A stretch of DNA of 64,000 bases from Felis catus. Its lineage: Eukaryota. A model generated the notes under the pieces. It was not told the origin of the DNA. It searched no databases and saw only the letters and a list, made by a program, of their open reading frames with translations. The stretch is from NCBI RefSeq assembly GCF_018350175.1, contig NC_058368.1:104906001-104970000 (forward strand). Reading direction: 5' to 3'. The position numbers were made by a program, and so were the translations under genes. The stretch's first letter is position 1. Every line of letters begins with the position of its first letter. This document shows, one piece after another, positions 25,831-40,748 of the stretch.

Positions 25831-26427
25831 CAGTGGTAGATTGGAAAAGCCTGCTAGTCAGATGCCATCTCAGGAGGCACTTCTCCCTAGAAGTCTCTTA
25901 CCACGGGAGAAGTATAGCATAAGAAGGGAATACTCAGACCTAGTTCCTTCTGCTTAATAGTGTGGTTGTAAGAATTCAGAGGAATGGGTCTGGGTTAAAG
26001 GAGAGAATTTGGGGATGAACGCAACAAACAAGAAGCAGGAAAAAAGAAACGTTAGTAGAACATAGCAAAGTGATACATATTAATAGGTAACTTGTGGGGA
26101 ATAAGGGTGAGAATCATTACTGTTTTTATTTTTTGGTTAGGGAATCAAGTATGAGTTTATGGAGACATCTCATTACAGTTTTTATTTGGGACCTTAATGG
26201 ATAAGTTTTGCATAGTCTTTCATATAAATAAGTGGAAATGAAATGCAATAAGAATATGTACATACAGAGAAATGATCGTGTGTGTGTGTCTCAAATGAAT
26301 ACGTATGAATATATACATCCACAAAATGAATACATACACATGTGGATGTACAGGCCAGTGTGGTCTGTAGACTGCTGTGGGTCTGCGATAAGAAGAGAAA
26401 TTGAGGGTAAGCATTTTGAAATCTTAA

Positions 26428-26694
<267 letters not shown>

Positions 26695-29646
26695 TAGAGC
26701 TGCGTCTGCCGTATGGTTTTAAAGTATATGCCTTTGTCAGCCACTCACTGTGACCCATAGTCTTGTAATCATTGGAGATCTTATGTTCTTGATTATAAGT
26801 CTTAGTGTTGGCAATCTTAACTTTTTCTTAGTCACAGATACATTTTGAAAACTCACAGAATCAACTTTGGGAGGAGTAAAACCCATATGAATTGGTATAG
26901 TATAGTTTAATTGCAGTTAGTGTATTTTAATTGTAAATGTGGTTGGTATTGTTTTGTGTGAATTGTATTTTATTCACTGTTGACGTTTGAAATGATGCTT
27001 TGTTTATACTTGGTTTTGATAATTCTCCACTTCATCTATTTTAATTAAGTGATTGTGCTTACCCTGGGAATATTTTTAGAGGGAGTTGATCTATTTACTA
27101 ATAATGTCTGATTACCAGGTCTGTTGGGGAAGTTATTTTAACCACCTTTGAATCCCCATTACCAAGAATTCTCCAGACAGATGACATAGACACACATGTT
27201 CTATGCTGTTTAATTTTGAAGGTACATGTTCTAATATGTGAACAAGCATAATCGTTAGCAGGATCAGTGACCAATTATTAGTAATTCTATTAAAGATAAC
27301 AACTTAAAAGCCGGAGCCATGCACCAGGTACTTGAACAGAGATTTTGAGTAGCAAGGGAAAAGTTAGTAGCTTTCAGGAGTCTTGATATTTGGTGGTTGG
27401 CTAGTAAATGTCAAAGGACAGGACCTAATTGGAATGAGTATCCTTTATTAAGTGGTTGCTCTGCCAGGCAGTACTTGTCATAAGACCTCTGCAGGGTAAG
27501 TATTTTCTTCAAGTTGGAGATGAAGAACCTTGGTTAGGAGAGATTATTATCGTAGGTCGTATACAATTTGGTGGAGCTAGATTGAACCCATGTTCAATTT
27601 GTTTTACACTTAGCCACTTGCTTCTCTGGAAATAGAAAATTGAATCAAGTATTAAATCAGCTGAATTGTTCTTTGTGTTTGTAACTGCCAGAGGATTTAG
27701 AAATTAGACCCTGTCATAGATACTGATTTCTCGTATTCATAATAATCAAGTTTGACATAATTCATGCATCATATATATTCTTCGCAAGCTCATGTTTTGA
27801 ATGAGGGAAGGAAAGCAATTAGTATCTTTGAAGCTCTTGCTATTTTAACAGGTACTGTGTTAGACTGTGAAAGCAGTTACTTTACCATAACAACAAGCCC
27901 CCTGAGGTGGCACATGTTTTTCCGTGAAAAAACAAGCTCATTGACTGCCCCGAGGTGACCAAGCTAATCGAGTCAGGACTCACATCCTGGGCTTTTTTTC
28001 AGGCCAGTGGTCTGCGTGGCATCATGAAAAAGGCAGAAAATGAAAGGGGTCGGGTTGCAAGGGAAAATATCAAATAAATTGTCTCCCAGCAAATATCGTA
28101 ACGTAATATATAGTCTTAATCAGTTAACTATAAAAAGCAGTAAAACTGATGTGAAAAAGCCAAGTCTTTAGTGACGGTGAAAGCAAGACCATTCTAACAA
28201 AATTCAAAAAAAAAATTTTTTACGGAAATATTCTAGAAATCATTACAGTTTCATTTGTATCAAGAAGGCACAAGAATATTAGAAATGGATTTTAACACAA
28301 TTTAGCTTCCTGAATTCTTAAAATTACTTTCCTCGTCGTCATTAAAGGTGGCACTGCTCATCAAAAAAAGGCTGAGAAGCCTTTTGAGCTGAAGTTTAAT
28401 CGAATGGTACTCAGCTAGAGTCAAGAGATAGGTGCCACATGGAGAAAAAGTTAGAAAAAAAAGTGTATTTGTTCTCTCCTATGAGACTCAATGCTTTTAG
28501 GTTTTAGTAACTTAAGAAACTCTAGTACAGATGGGATCTGTGGATCATCCTATTAAATAGGAAGAAAGATTCATGATAAAAAGCCCAGATGTTTTGAAAA
28601 TATTTTCAGCTGTTCCACAAGATGTTTATTAGGGCATACCATAACATTGTCTCTGGGGCAAAATATTTTACAATACAAACCGCTCTCTTGATCTTTGTAT
28701 TTGATTCGTGACAGCCATTAACGCCAGGTGGCAACGTATGCAGTGCTTAGAAATAGGTCTTTGAACTCAGTATGTCACAAAATGTTAGATTAAGGTTTTA
28801 AAAAAATAATTAGGTGTATTTATCAAATTACCCTGTGTAAATGGAACACCGTTTTTAGAAGTGATGTATTAAAACTGTTTCAGAATTTTTATTTCATATT
28901 GCTCTTTGCCTTTTTAGATTTCAAGTTTTATATGTGTTGGTACTTCCATTTCCTTATATGCTTGCATATTAGGACAATAATAGATGTACAATTTATAGCC
29001 AGATAACGCATTTATTTATGGCATATGCTGTTTTTTTCTTCTAATGATGGAGACGTAGGATAAAAAAGTTGACTCACCATGTAAACTATTTTCTAGAAAA
29101 AAAGTACGTTTCATGGCAGCCCTTGTTGAGTGCAGAACTTTTTTACAACTCTGACACATCCCTTATTGTCAATAACAGCCTTCATTTTCATTTTCTGTAA
29201 CATACCCTAAATGTGCAACTTGGGTTCCACAAGCCACGTATTTAATTTCTGTGATCGCTCAGTTAGTTGAAGGACTTGGAACTCCAGCACCCTCATGGTA
29301 TCAGAAGTTTACGCATAACAGGTGTGTGTCTTTGTTAACTGAAAGCAGGAAATCCATTGTGATTTGCAGCCTTAAAAATGGCAATGTGTTTTATCCAAAG
29401 TGTAAACTTCCCAGAAAATGAAATCTTGTGAAATTAATAGAGCAACATAATAGAAAACTAAACTTTTTTCATAGCTGTTAAAACATTATTTCCCAAATTG
29501 ACATCTGTGGAAGACTTTGTAGGAGCCGTCATTAGATGCTAAATAAGTAGTCCATGAACAGATGGAAAGTATGGAAAGTACTGGGTTAAAGCCATGAATT
29601 TTAACTGTTGGTTTTCTGAGACTCTTAATGTTCCTTGTGGATTTCT

Positions 29647-29863
29647 TTTAAAAAAAAATTTTTTTTTTAATGTTTATTTCTGAGGCAGAGAGAGAGCATG
29701 AATGGGGGAGGGTCAAAGAGAGAGGGAGACACAGCATCAGAAGCAGGCTCCAGGCACTTAGCTGGCAGCACAGAGCCCGACATGGGGCTTGAACTCACAA
29801 ACCGTGAGATCATGACCTGAGCTGAAGTCGGTCGCTCAACCGACTGAGCCACCCAGGCGCCCC
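29647..29863 (-). mobile_element. CAN-SINE
   Basis: TSD tccYtgtggatttct. Confidence 0.92.
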
Positions 29864-30408
29864 TCCCTGTGGATTTCTAAGAGAGAAATGTGTAGAGCAT
29901 CTCTCAAGCTTGTTTGATCACAAAATGGCTGTTTTAAAGGGATCTACTAATGTACCCTGGAACAGCATTTCATAGGAAAACAACTGTTGTGCTCTATTTG
30001 TGGCAGATGAGATGTTCAGAACATTGAGAAGGTATGCAGTATCTCCCGCCTGCAAATTAGACTGTCTCAGGTAATGCATTAAATGCTCATTTTTAAAAGT
30101 CAGGAAAAGTTGGTAGTTTGCGTCCAAACACTTGGAATAAGATGCTGTTAGATTAGAGGGTGAAAGTGTGTCTGATAGAGCAGATGGTGTAGTGAAAGAG
30201 GATTTCGGAGTGTGAGAGACCTAGGTTTGCATCCTGACATCATCGCAAAATTGTTATGTTACTGTTGGCAAGGTCTTATCAGTCTTAGCTTCCTCAGCCT
30301 ATAAAGAAGTTGATAATCTGTGTCTTGCGTTATTTTGTGAGCTTAGTAATAATTATGTAATGTTACCATATGACAATGATTAGGACAATTCCATTAATCT
30401 GGAGTTGA

Positions 30409-30603
<195 letters not shown>

Positions 30604-31532
30604 TGAAAACTTTTTCAGTATATAGAAACTGGAAGCTAATTTTTTCAGAATTCTGATAGTAATCCTTTGGTCTTTATGGCGCTAATGGCTTTTTACATTC
30701 TGAAATATTGATCGTCTTGGTTTTTAATTAGACAACCGTTGTGTAGTTTTACTTTAAAGAAAGGGTAGGTTTCAATGATGGGACGGGAGGAAACACGTGG
30801 AGAACACAAAGAATAGTTCGTGCTAGGAGAGATCTTAACCCAGTGTTAGCATGTAATTTATCATTTTATACTGAAATTATAGTATCTCTTGAATTCTTTA
30901 AGCTTTTTATTGCTTCACTGTAAGTAATACTTTATACTTATGTATTTCTTCATGGTTTGGGGAAGTCTAATATATTTGAAAGTTTCCCGACTATTAATGG
31001 GGTGCCAGTAGGCAGGTGCTATCTCGATTGACCCTACACATGTCCCTTTTGCCTTGTACTTGGTGAAGGGACTTAGCAGTCGTCTGGAAAGCTTTTCTTA
31101 GCTTCCTTGCCTTGATTCTTCCTCTCCTCCATCCTTTTAATTCCTTTGTCTTAAAGACCTGACTGCCTGGCACCTACCTTATAGGTACAATACCTGTGTA
31201 TAACCAGAGTTTTTCAGGGTCTCCTCAGTGTATAGAAACTTTTAAAATCTCATTAGCACTAATATCAAAAGGAAGATGCGGTCTTATTTTCTCCATAATG
31301 AAGGAAGAGGATCTTGTGATCAAGTTTGTAGCAGGGGCAGATGATAGAATGACTTGTTTTAAAGAGAAATTTCACACCACTGCATACTCACACCACCATT
31401 TAAATTTTACAGTTTGTCTTCTGGCCTGTTACAGTTCAAAACCTTGTCCTAATCTGTGTAAAACCTGTCCAGTTCCCAGTGAACTAGAGCTGGTTTTCTT
31501 AAGCTAGCGAGGATTCAAGTTCCAAGAATCCA

Positions 31533-31729
31533 GGGGCTCCTGGGTGGCTCAGCCGGTTGAGCCTCCGACTTCGGCTCAGGTCATGATCTCATGATTTGTG
31601 GGTTCGAGCTCCACGTCGGGCTCTGTGCTGACAGCTCGGAGCCTGGAACCTGCTTCGGAATCTGTCTCCCTCTCTCTCTCTGCCCCTCCCCTACTCATGC
31701 TCTGTCTGTGTCTCGCGCAAACATTAAAA
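31533..31729 (+). mobile_element. CAN-SINE
   Basis: TSD ttccaagaatcc. Confidence 0.92.
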
Positions 31730-31949
31730 TTCCAAGAATCCTATCCTTTCTTTCATACATTTTTTACCACCAGCATATAGACGTGCAATGCTCGAGCAAA
31801 TGAATACTGAACAGGTCATTAGCATGCAAATATTTTTCTCACCTTAAATAAACCAAAGAAATTTTAACAAAATTTTTTACCTCATTTAACTCATCATCTT
31901 TCACCTTAATTTTTTATTATTTTGTGCTTCTTTTTGCAGCAAAACTTCT

Positions 31950-33260
31950 CCAAAGAGTTGCTAATCCTGTATCTCTAATTCTTGCCTTCATAGTCTCTGA
32001 AACTCAGCCCAGCCAGGCTATCAGCCTGACCCCACAGAGAATGCTGTCCAGGTCACCAGTGGTCTCCATCTGGTTTTACCCGTCTGTAGCTTTTGAGACA
32101 CTTAGGCTTCTTTAATGTTTTTTTCACTTCTGGGATTCCACATGTTTTCCCCCGCCTCACTATTTGTTCATTCCCCTGTGCTTCCTTTGTTGGTTCCCTC
32201 TGATGATTTTGTCTGCATTCCCTCCCTTGGTGAGCTCATGGTGTCCTATGGCTTTAAATGCCATCTGTGTGCTGACAGTTTCAGATTTCTGTCTCTAGCA
32301 CAGACCTCTCATGTAAACTAGATTTATGTAAAAGTTGCCTTCTCAACATCTTAACTTGAGTGCCTCAAACATCCACCTACTTTTCTTTCCTCCCAGTCTG
32401 CCCCTAGCCTTCTCCATCTCTGTTGATTGATGGCAGCACTATCCTTCCATCTTACCCAGTGAGAAATGTTAGAGTCACCCTTCTCTCTTTCCCCATGTTC
32501 AGTTTATGAAGAAATCTTGTTCATCCTGCCTTCATGGTGTGTCCAGCCAGCATTTGACTTCTCGCGTCTCTACCGCCACTGCAGTGCCTTGCTGGAATCT
32601 TGCCATCCTCTCTGACTAGGCCATCCAGCTGTTACGGTTACCCTGACAGGGTAATGACCTTGTAGCCCTCTAGGTCATTCTCAGCAGAGTGGCCAGATAA
32701 TCCTTTCATATCATACATCAGAGCACATCACTCTCCTTTTCAACACTTTATATTTCACTCATCGTAAGCCCACGTTCCTTAAGTGGCTTCCACGGCCCCT
32801 CACAGTTTGGCTGACGTGGCCTTTTGTTTCTTCTCTCAGTGCTACAACTCCTGGTCGTCCCCTCGCTCACTCATGCCAGTCACAGTGGCTTCCTTGCTGC
32901 TGTTCATACTTGCCTGGCCTGCTTGTCTTTGTAGGGCCTTTTCACTAGGTCTTTCCTCTGTCTGGGACGTTCTTCCCTCCAACATGTGCTTGGCAGGCTC
33001 TTTAAACCTTTAAGTCTTCATGCACATCTTGCCTGCACGGCAAGGCCTGTCCTGACTGCCTTGTTTTGTCCTGCATTTTGCATTTTATTTCTGTGGTTCT
33101 CAGCACCTTCTGATACACTGTGTCATTTTGTTTTGTATTCCTGTTTCGGAATGTGTCCCCACAAGAATTAAGTTCCTCAGGAGTAGGAATTTTGGTTTGG
33201 TTCAGAGATGTGAACTCTTAAAGTGCTTGGTGCTTTCAAAGTGAGTATCTAACAGTTTTT
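31950..33260 (+). mobile_element. L2 fragment
   Basis: atggctttaaatgccatctgtgtgctgacagtttcagatt...gatggcagcactatccttcca, typical of L2. Confidence 0.65.
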
Positions 33261-33960
33261 TCAAGATGTCTGAATTGCAAACATCAGAACTAAAAATTCT
33301 AGGGTATGTTTTTAAAATTATTAATTTTCTCAAGTAAGCAGTCTGATACACAAGACATTTTCATTGTGGGATCTGCTTTCAGTTTTGGTTAACGTCCTAT
33401 CGGTTTCATGAGAAGAGTAGAGATTTTTTAAGCTCACTTAAGAGCACTCTAGCTGCCCCCCACCCATCACTATCCCTTGATTGTACCTCCACAGTCACAC
33501 AGTGGTCTTAAGACTGGTCTAGAAGTACCTCTGTGGAGACACAAACATTTTGCAGGGTCTCAGGAGAGCCCAAGAGCTTTAAGGAATTCAGCTTCAGCCT
33601 TTGAGAGGCTCTGTTCTTTCCCTTTGGGAAATGAGACCTACCTCCTCCCCACTAAATGTTCATATGGTACATTGCCCCAGAACATAAAATGCTCTTGAGT
33701 GTCATTTGAAGGGACGGTTCAAATTACTGTGTTAAGTGTTGGGAATACAAATGACATAATGATGAAGTAAAATCTTGTTTGTTCTCATCAATACTGAAAA
33801 AGGACCGACACAGTTGTCAGCTTGATAGGTCATTAATAATTTTTGAAGATAAATCACCATGTGATATTTGGACTGTAACTCAAAATTTCATGGTTTTTAA
33901 AAGATGGGTCTGAAATATTTTGTTATGTCAAATATTATTACACAGAAGAGATTTAAAATT

Positions 33961-34136
33961 GGGGTGCCTGGGTGGTTTCATCAGTTAAGCAGCCAACTTT
34001 TGTTTTTGGCTCAGGTCATGATTTCATGGTTCTCTCACTTGAGTTCAAGCCCTGCATCGGGCTCTGTGCTAACAGTGTAGAGCTGCATGGGATTCTCTCT
34101 CTGCCCCTCCCCTGTTCGTGCTCCCTCTGTCTCAAA
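33961..34136 (+). mobile_element. CAN-SINE
   Basis: ggggtgcctgggtggtttcatcagttaagc head. Confidence 0.87.
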
Positions 34137-36211
34137 AGAAGATACTTAAAATCATTAGGTGCTGTTTTTGAAAGGCTTATGGAAATTTTTTTCTGCAAGA
34201 AGAGCTTCATCTTTTAGATAATAGATAATATTAATAGCTCTTTTCTAGTGTTTGACAGATTCATTTTTATTATTGGTTTTTTCCCTTCAGACATACAGAT
34301 TTCTTATAAGAAGCTTAAAATCAAAATTCACAGAAACTGATACATAGGAAAATCTTCATAAATTTATCAACTATTTTTTCCCCACAAACAGCAGAGGGAG
34401 CTAATGAGAAGAAAAGTAACTTAGAATCCTAGAATTTAAAATTTCAACACAGATTTTTTACTCTCCATCAGATTTTAATTAAATGACTTTTCTCAACTAA
34501 ACCCAAGTTTTCCTTTAAGCACATGAGAGTGTTTCAGGAAATAAACCTGCCGTAATTAAAATTAGGAAGCTTCTGAAACGTGTATGCCAACCATTAATTG
34601 TATGGAAAAGCCAATGATAGTTATGACCACTGTTTTATAACTTCTATTCAACAGATACAGATAAAAATCCACATGCATTTTATAAGTATGGAATTTTGAT
34701 TAAACCAAATTGCTTAGTGTAAGCTCTGGTGGCCTTTTGTGGATTGCTTCCATTTGAGATCATTACTTCATTGTGGCCTCAAAAGTACCTAATTCTTGAT
34801 TCCTTACACTTCTGAAAATGAAGTTAAAATGTGTTCTCAAAACATGGATGGGGGCTCTGCTTAAAGTGTCTTTATTTGTGACTCCAGAAGATGCCATACC
34901 TAACGTCACGGGAGAAGAGAGGCACATATAACCCTCTCTTTGTGTTCCTTGTGAAATACAAACCCCTATGTGGTAGGATAGTAAAAAATGAACAAGTTTA
35001 TTTTCCTGAAAGCATTAAATCTAGGAATATTGTGTTGTGCATAGCTGAGATACCTTCTTCAAAGAGGGTTGAATCTCCTAATAGTTTTTACTGAGTTAAC
35101 AGTAAAATAACATTTATGTAAACTTATTCATAATCAGAATTTAACCATAACTAACTTCCTCTTGGGAGGAGTAACTGGGGCAAATTTACATTTTCCAGTA
35201 TAACATCTCTTAGATTTTCTTTCAAATCCAATAGGTGCCTCCTCATTCACTGTTACTAGAAAATTTACACTATTAAGATTAACATGAGTGATAAAATTTT
35301 TTAAGAAATCCTTTATTTCTTCCTTTATTTTTTTCATGTAGTTCGACATTATGTGAGGTACTGGAGAGATAAGAGTAAGCAAAAATACAGTCTTGATACT
35401 ATTACAGTTTCGTTCATTCTTTCATCCATCTTTATAAGCTAATGTCTTAAATTGATTTACCCATTTTCTTGCAGTTATCACTTTCTTTATTTCTGTTGTC
35501 TCTAAAATCAGTTCAGTTGTCTCTAGAAGTGCTCTTGCTTTTAAATTTTCATTTGATAAGCATTGACCACTTTTTCTTAATCACTACTTAGCTCTGTTAC
35601 CCATAGTAAAAATAGGTTAATGTATTCTCCATGGCAAGTTTTATTAAAAATTAGAACACATTTGTCTAACTTTTTAGACATTTCCTGTCACTTCCCTTAT
35701 CACTGTTTATGAAGTAATTAAGATGAAAGTAGGTAAACAGCAACCTTATTGTTAACTTGTAGTTTTGTGTCGTAAGATATGTATCGATGATATTGAGTTA
35801 TGTAGCATTGTCAGCCCCTCAGTTTTGTTGTAAATGTATTTTCCTGAATAAATCTTGGTGCAGTATATCCATTTGCAGTTAAAAATACATCAACCGTCAT
35901 TTTGGTGCTTATTTTAAGGCTATATTTAAAGGAAATAAGAAGAAAGAGGGAAAAACATTTACTGTTGATACGATTGCCTACCTAGGTAACTCAAGAGCAA
36001 ATTGAATAAAAACTACTAGGACTAAAAAAACATTTATCAGTAAGATATCCTCTTGACAGATCAACATTAAGAAGTACCACACAGTTTTCATATTAGTACA
36101 ATTAGTACCAATTAGAACATTAATGTAAAAATAATCCATTTTATAGTAACAACCAAAGTAATAGTGTATATGGAAAGTGCTCTGTAAACGTTAATACGGA
36201 GGAGAACATGA

Positions 36212-36478
<267 letters not shown>

Positions 36479-36509
36479 TAAGAGCCTTCTTTTCTTTTAA
36501 CATAATTAA

Positions 36510-39500
36510 AAATTTGTTTTTCTTATAATGAGAACTTTCGCAATCTACTCTCTTAGCATTTTTCAGATACACAGTACAGTATTAACTATAGTCACCGTGC
36601 TATATATTTTATCCCGACTTATTTCATGACTGAAAGTTGATACCTGTTAACCTCCTTCACCCATTTTAACCACCCCCCCCCCACTGCTAACCGTCAGTCT
36701 ATTCTTTGTATCTGTGAGTTTTTTTGTTTTTTTTTATTCCATATATAAGTGAGATCATGCAATATTTGTTTTCTCCGACTTATTTCCTTTAGACTCTCCT
36801 TCTTGGTTCATGGCTGAATAGTGTGTGTGTGTTTGTGTGTGTGTATATATCACAGTTTCTTCATTCTTCCACTGACGTGCTTAGGTTGCTTCCATGTTTT
36901 GCTAATTGTAAATACTGTTGCAGTGAACATTGGTGAGGGGTGCATGTATCTCTTCAAGTTAGTTTTCATTTCCGTCAGATAAATACTCAGAAGGGGAATT
37001 GATAGATCATATGCTTGAATTTTTTGAGGAACCTCCATATTGTTTTCATACTCCTGTACCAGTTTACGTTCTCATCAAGGGATTTTTCTCCACATCTCTG
37101 CCAACACTTGTTATTTTTTTGACTTGTGGTAATAGCCATACCGATGGATGTAAGGTGAGATCGCATTGTGGTTTTGAGCACCTTTTCATGTACATGTTGG
37201 CCATCTGTATGTCTTTGGAAAACTATTTAGAGCCTCTGCCCATTTTTTAATCATTTGGTTTTTGTGCTCTTGAAGTTTTTAATATATTTGTATGTTAATA
37301 CCTTCCGAGATAAAGGATTTGTAAATGATTTTTCCCATTCAGTAGCTTGCCTTTTCATTTCGTTGATGGTTTCCTTTGCTCTGTAGAACCTTTTTAGTTT
37401 GATATAGTTCCACTGAATCATTTTTGGTTTTGTTGCCCTTGCTTTTAGTGTCCAATCTAAAAAATCACCACCAAGACTGATAGCAAGCCCTTTACTCCCT
37501 CTTGTTTTCTAGGAGTTTTATGGCTTTAGGTCTTAAGTTCAAGTCTTAAATCCATTTGAGTTTTTGTGTATGGTGTCAGTAGTCTAGTTTCCCCAGGGCC
37601 GTTTATCCTATAGACTCTCCTTTCCCCAATGTATATTCTTGGGTCTTTTGTCGTAAATTAATTTTAATTGGCCATGTGTGTAGGTTTGTCAGCTACTTTG
37701 TTGCATTGATGTGTGTCTGTTTTTATGCCAATACCATACTGTTTTGATGAGTATAGCTTGGTAATATATATTGTTTGAAATACAGTTTGAAATCGGGGAG
37801 TGTGATGCTGCTTCTTTCTCAGGATTGCTTTGTCTATTCAGGGTCTTGTTCTCTTTCTGTGAAAAATGCCATGGGAATTTTGATAGAGATTGCATTGAAT
37901 CTTAGATCGCTTTGGATGGTATGGACATTTTAACAATAGTAATTCTTCCAGTCCAGGAGCATGGAATATCTTTCTATATATTTTGAGTTTTCAGGTTTTT
38001 TTTGGCTGTGTTACAGTTTTCAGAGTAGAGATCTTTCACCTTCTTGGTTGTTAAGTGATCCTAGAGAACATTACATGTGCTTTTGGAAAGAGTATGTTTT
38101 CATCTGGTTTTGGAAGGAATGTTCTATGTAGATCGGTTAAGCCCATCTGGTGTGATGTGTTGTTGAAAGCCACCATTTCCTTACTCATTTTCTGTCTGGG
38201 TGATCTGTCCACTGATACAAATGGGGTGGGAAAGTTCTTTACTGTTACTGTTTTACTGTCAATTTCTTTGTATCTGCTAATTTTGCCTTATATATCTTCC
38301 ATTATTGGGTTCATCTATATTTGCCATTGTTATAATCTCTTGTTGGATTGCTCCCTTTATTATTATGTAATGCCCTTCTTTGTCTCTCATTATCGTCTGT
38401 TTTAAAGTCTGTCTGGTCTAAGTATTGTTCCCCCAGTTTTTTTTTCGTTTCTTTCATGTCCATTTGTGTGGAATATTTTTTTATTTAAAAAAGACATACA
38501 GACTTAAAAGTCTATATGTGTCTTTAGGTATGACGTGAGTCTCCTTTAGGCCACATATAAATGCATCTTGTCTTTTTATGTAGTCACCCTGTGTCTTTTG
38601 ATTGGAGCATTTAGACATTTTGTTGTTTTGTAGTTGTGTCGTTCTTTCATTATGACCGATGACTTTCTGTTGTGTTATACGTAGCCTTATTTTTTTTATC
38701 TATTAGAGGTTTTGGGTTTGTAGTTACCGTAAGGTTTCTATATAACACCTTACCTATATTGCAGTCTGTTAATGGTCTCTTAACTTACACCAGTCAAAAA
38801 CTCCATTTTTACTCATCCCTCCACCCTTTCTCTATGTCATATTTTACATCTTACCGTGAATCCCTTAATTAATGTAAATATGGTTTTACTACTTTTGCCT
38901 TTTAACCTTTGCAGTTGTATAAGTGATTGATCTACTCCCTTTGCTGTATGTTTGCTTTTACCCGTAAATTTTTTTCCTTTATAGTGTTATCTCTGTGGCC
39001 TTTGCTTCTTAGAAAAGTCTGTGACATTTCTTACAAGCCTGGGTTAGTGGTAATGAACTACTTATCTGTTTTAGTGGTGACTATTATCCTTGCCAGGTAG
39101 AATAGTCATGACTGTAGGCTTTTTTTTTCCTCCACTGTGATTATAATGCCACTTCCTTCTTTTCTGCAAAGTTTGTGTGGAGAAATCCGAGAGCTTTATG
39201 AGGTTTCCCTTGTATATAACTGGTTGTTTACCTCTTGATGTCTTCAGGATTTTCTTATTTTTTGATATTTTATTTATGTTTTTTATGTGGACCTCCTTGG
39301 GTTCATCTTACTTTGGGCTGTGATTCTTTGACCTGGATATTTATTTCTTTCCCCAGGTCAGGGAAGGTTTTGTTCCTTTCTCTCTCTTCTGGGACCCCTA
39401 CCCTGTGAGTGTTAGTATGCTTATTATTATTCCAGAGATCACTTTTACCTATCTTCATTTTTTTTCTTTCTGCTTTTCAGCCTCTTTGCTTTATGATACC

Positions 39501-39990
39501 CTCTCTTCCAGATCACAGATCTGTTCTTCTTTCTAGTCTGACATTTCAGTTATTGTATTTAACTCTGATTAGTTCTTTTTTATGTTTTGAGTTTACGCAC
39601 TCCAGTCCAGTGAGCATTTTTGTGACCATTACTTTGAACGCTTTATCCGTTAGATTGTGTAGCTCTAAGTTTTTTCTTTTTTGAAGCATAGGAGTTTGTG
39701 ATTTAGGCAAAAACACCTACCTTTCTCAGTCTTGAAGGCGTGGCTTTGTGTAGATGTGTGTTTGGAGTCTTGGGAGGTCCCAGGGCATACCATGCTGGCA
39801 TCACCTTCACAAGATGGCTTGAGCTGGTGTGTGTGTCCTAGGGGCCAGGGCTCACTGAGGTGGCATGCCAGCTTGTCTGCATTGTCACAGGTCCTGAGCA
39901 CCTCCCACCCCAGAGAAAAGTCTAACAATTTCCCCACTGCTTGGGAGATGCTGTGGACTTAATGAATGAGCTTCCTTCACTTCTAGTTGA
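36510..39990 (-). mobile_element. degenerate, internally deleted L1 in intron 7 (antisense)
   Basis: 3'UTR near 36510-36900, ORF2 C-terminal remnants (YYQAILIKTVWYWHKNRH; PMFTATVFTISKTWKQPK), a jump at ~38055 to endonuclease-region text, then ORF1/5'UTR-like text. Confidence 0.85.
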
Positions 39991-40263
39991 GTTGCTGAAT
40001 TAAGGTTAGGTGGTACTTTAGGTCCAACTGAAAGTCTTCACTCTGAAAGCTTTTCCCCATCCAGAGCGTTACTCCATTTTGCCCTCCTGGCTTTTACAGC
40101 TCTTTAATTTGGTTACATATAGGATTTACATACCTCATCCACCTTTTCATTGGGAGCATTGGTCTGCCATAAACTGCCCCATTGTAGCTAGCTGTGGCAT
40201 TTTTCCTACCAATTACCTTTTAACCAATACAGTGGCGTTTAGGAAGATTAGGGATAGAAAAAA

Positions 40264-40748
40264 AATTGACTCGTGAAAAGCATAGATTGGAACTGTACAG
40301 ATCCACTTACACAGCTTTTCTCTGATAGAATGCAGTACTATAAATGCCTTTTTTTCTTCCTAATGATTTTTTAAGTGTTTAGTTTCGAGAGAGAGAGCAC
40401 AAGCAGGGGAGGGGCATAGAGAGGGTGACAGAGGATCGGAATATGAGGCTTGTGCTGACAGCACAGAGCCCTGCATGAGGCTCAGACTTGTGCACTGTGA
40501 TGTCATGACCTGAGCCAGCCCGGTGCCCCTCTTAACGATTTTCTTACTTTTTTCTAGCTCACTTTATTGCAAGAATATGGTAGATGATACCTATAAAACA
40601 TGCAAAACATGTTTTAATAGACTGTTATTGGTAAGGCTTTTGGTCAACAGTAGGCTTTTCTATGTGTTTGGAGAGTCAGAAGTTAGATTTTTGACTGCAC
40701 TAGGGGGTCATGGCAACCCAAATGTCCACATTGTTCGAGGGGATACTG
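40264..40748 (+). mobile_element. Tigger2a-like DNA transposon interrupted by a SINE
   Basis: Degenerate TIR-like ends (ttgactcgtgaa...ttgttcgaggggatactg) and internal ggtaaggcttttggtcaacagtaggct shared with the copy at 47631. Confidence 0.7.
40366..40530 (-). mobile_element. CAN-SINE (partially deleted)
   Basis: Reverse SINE with degenerate TSD cYtaaYgattt. Confidence 0.8.
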
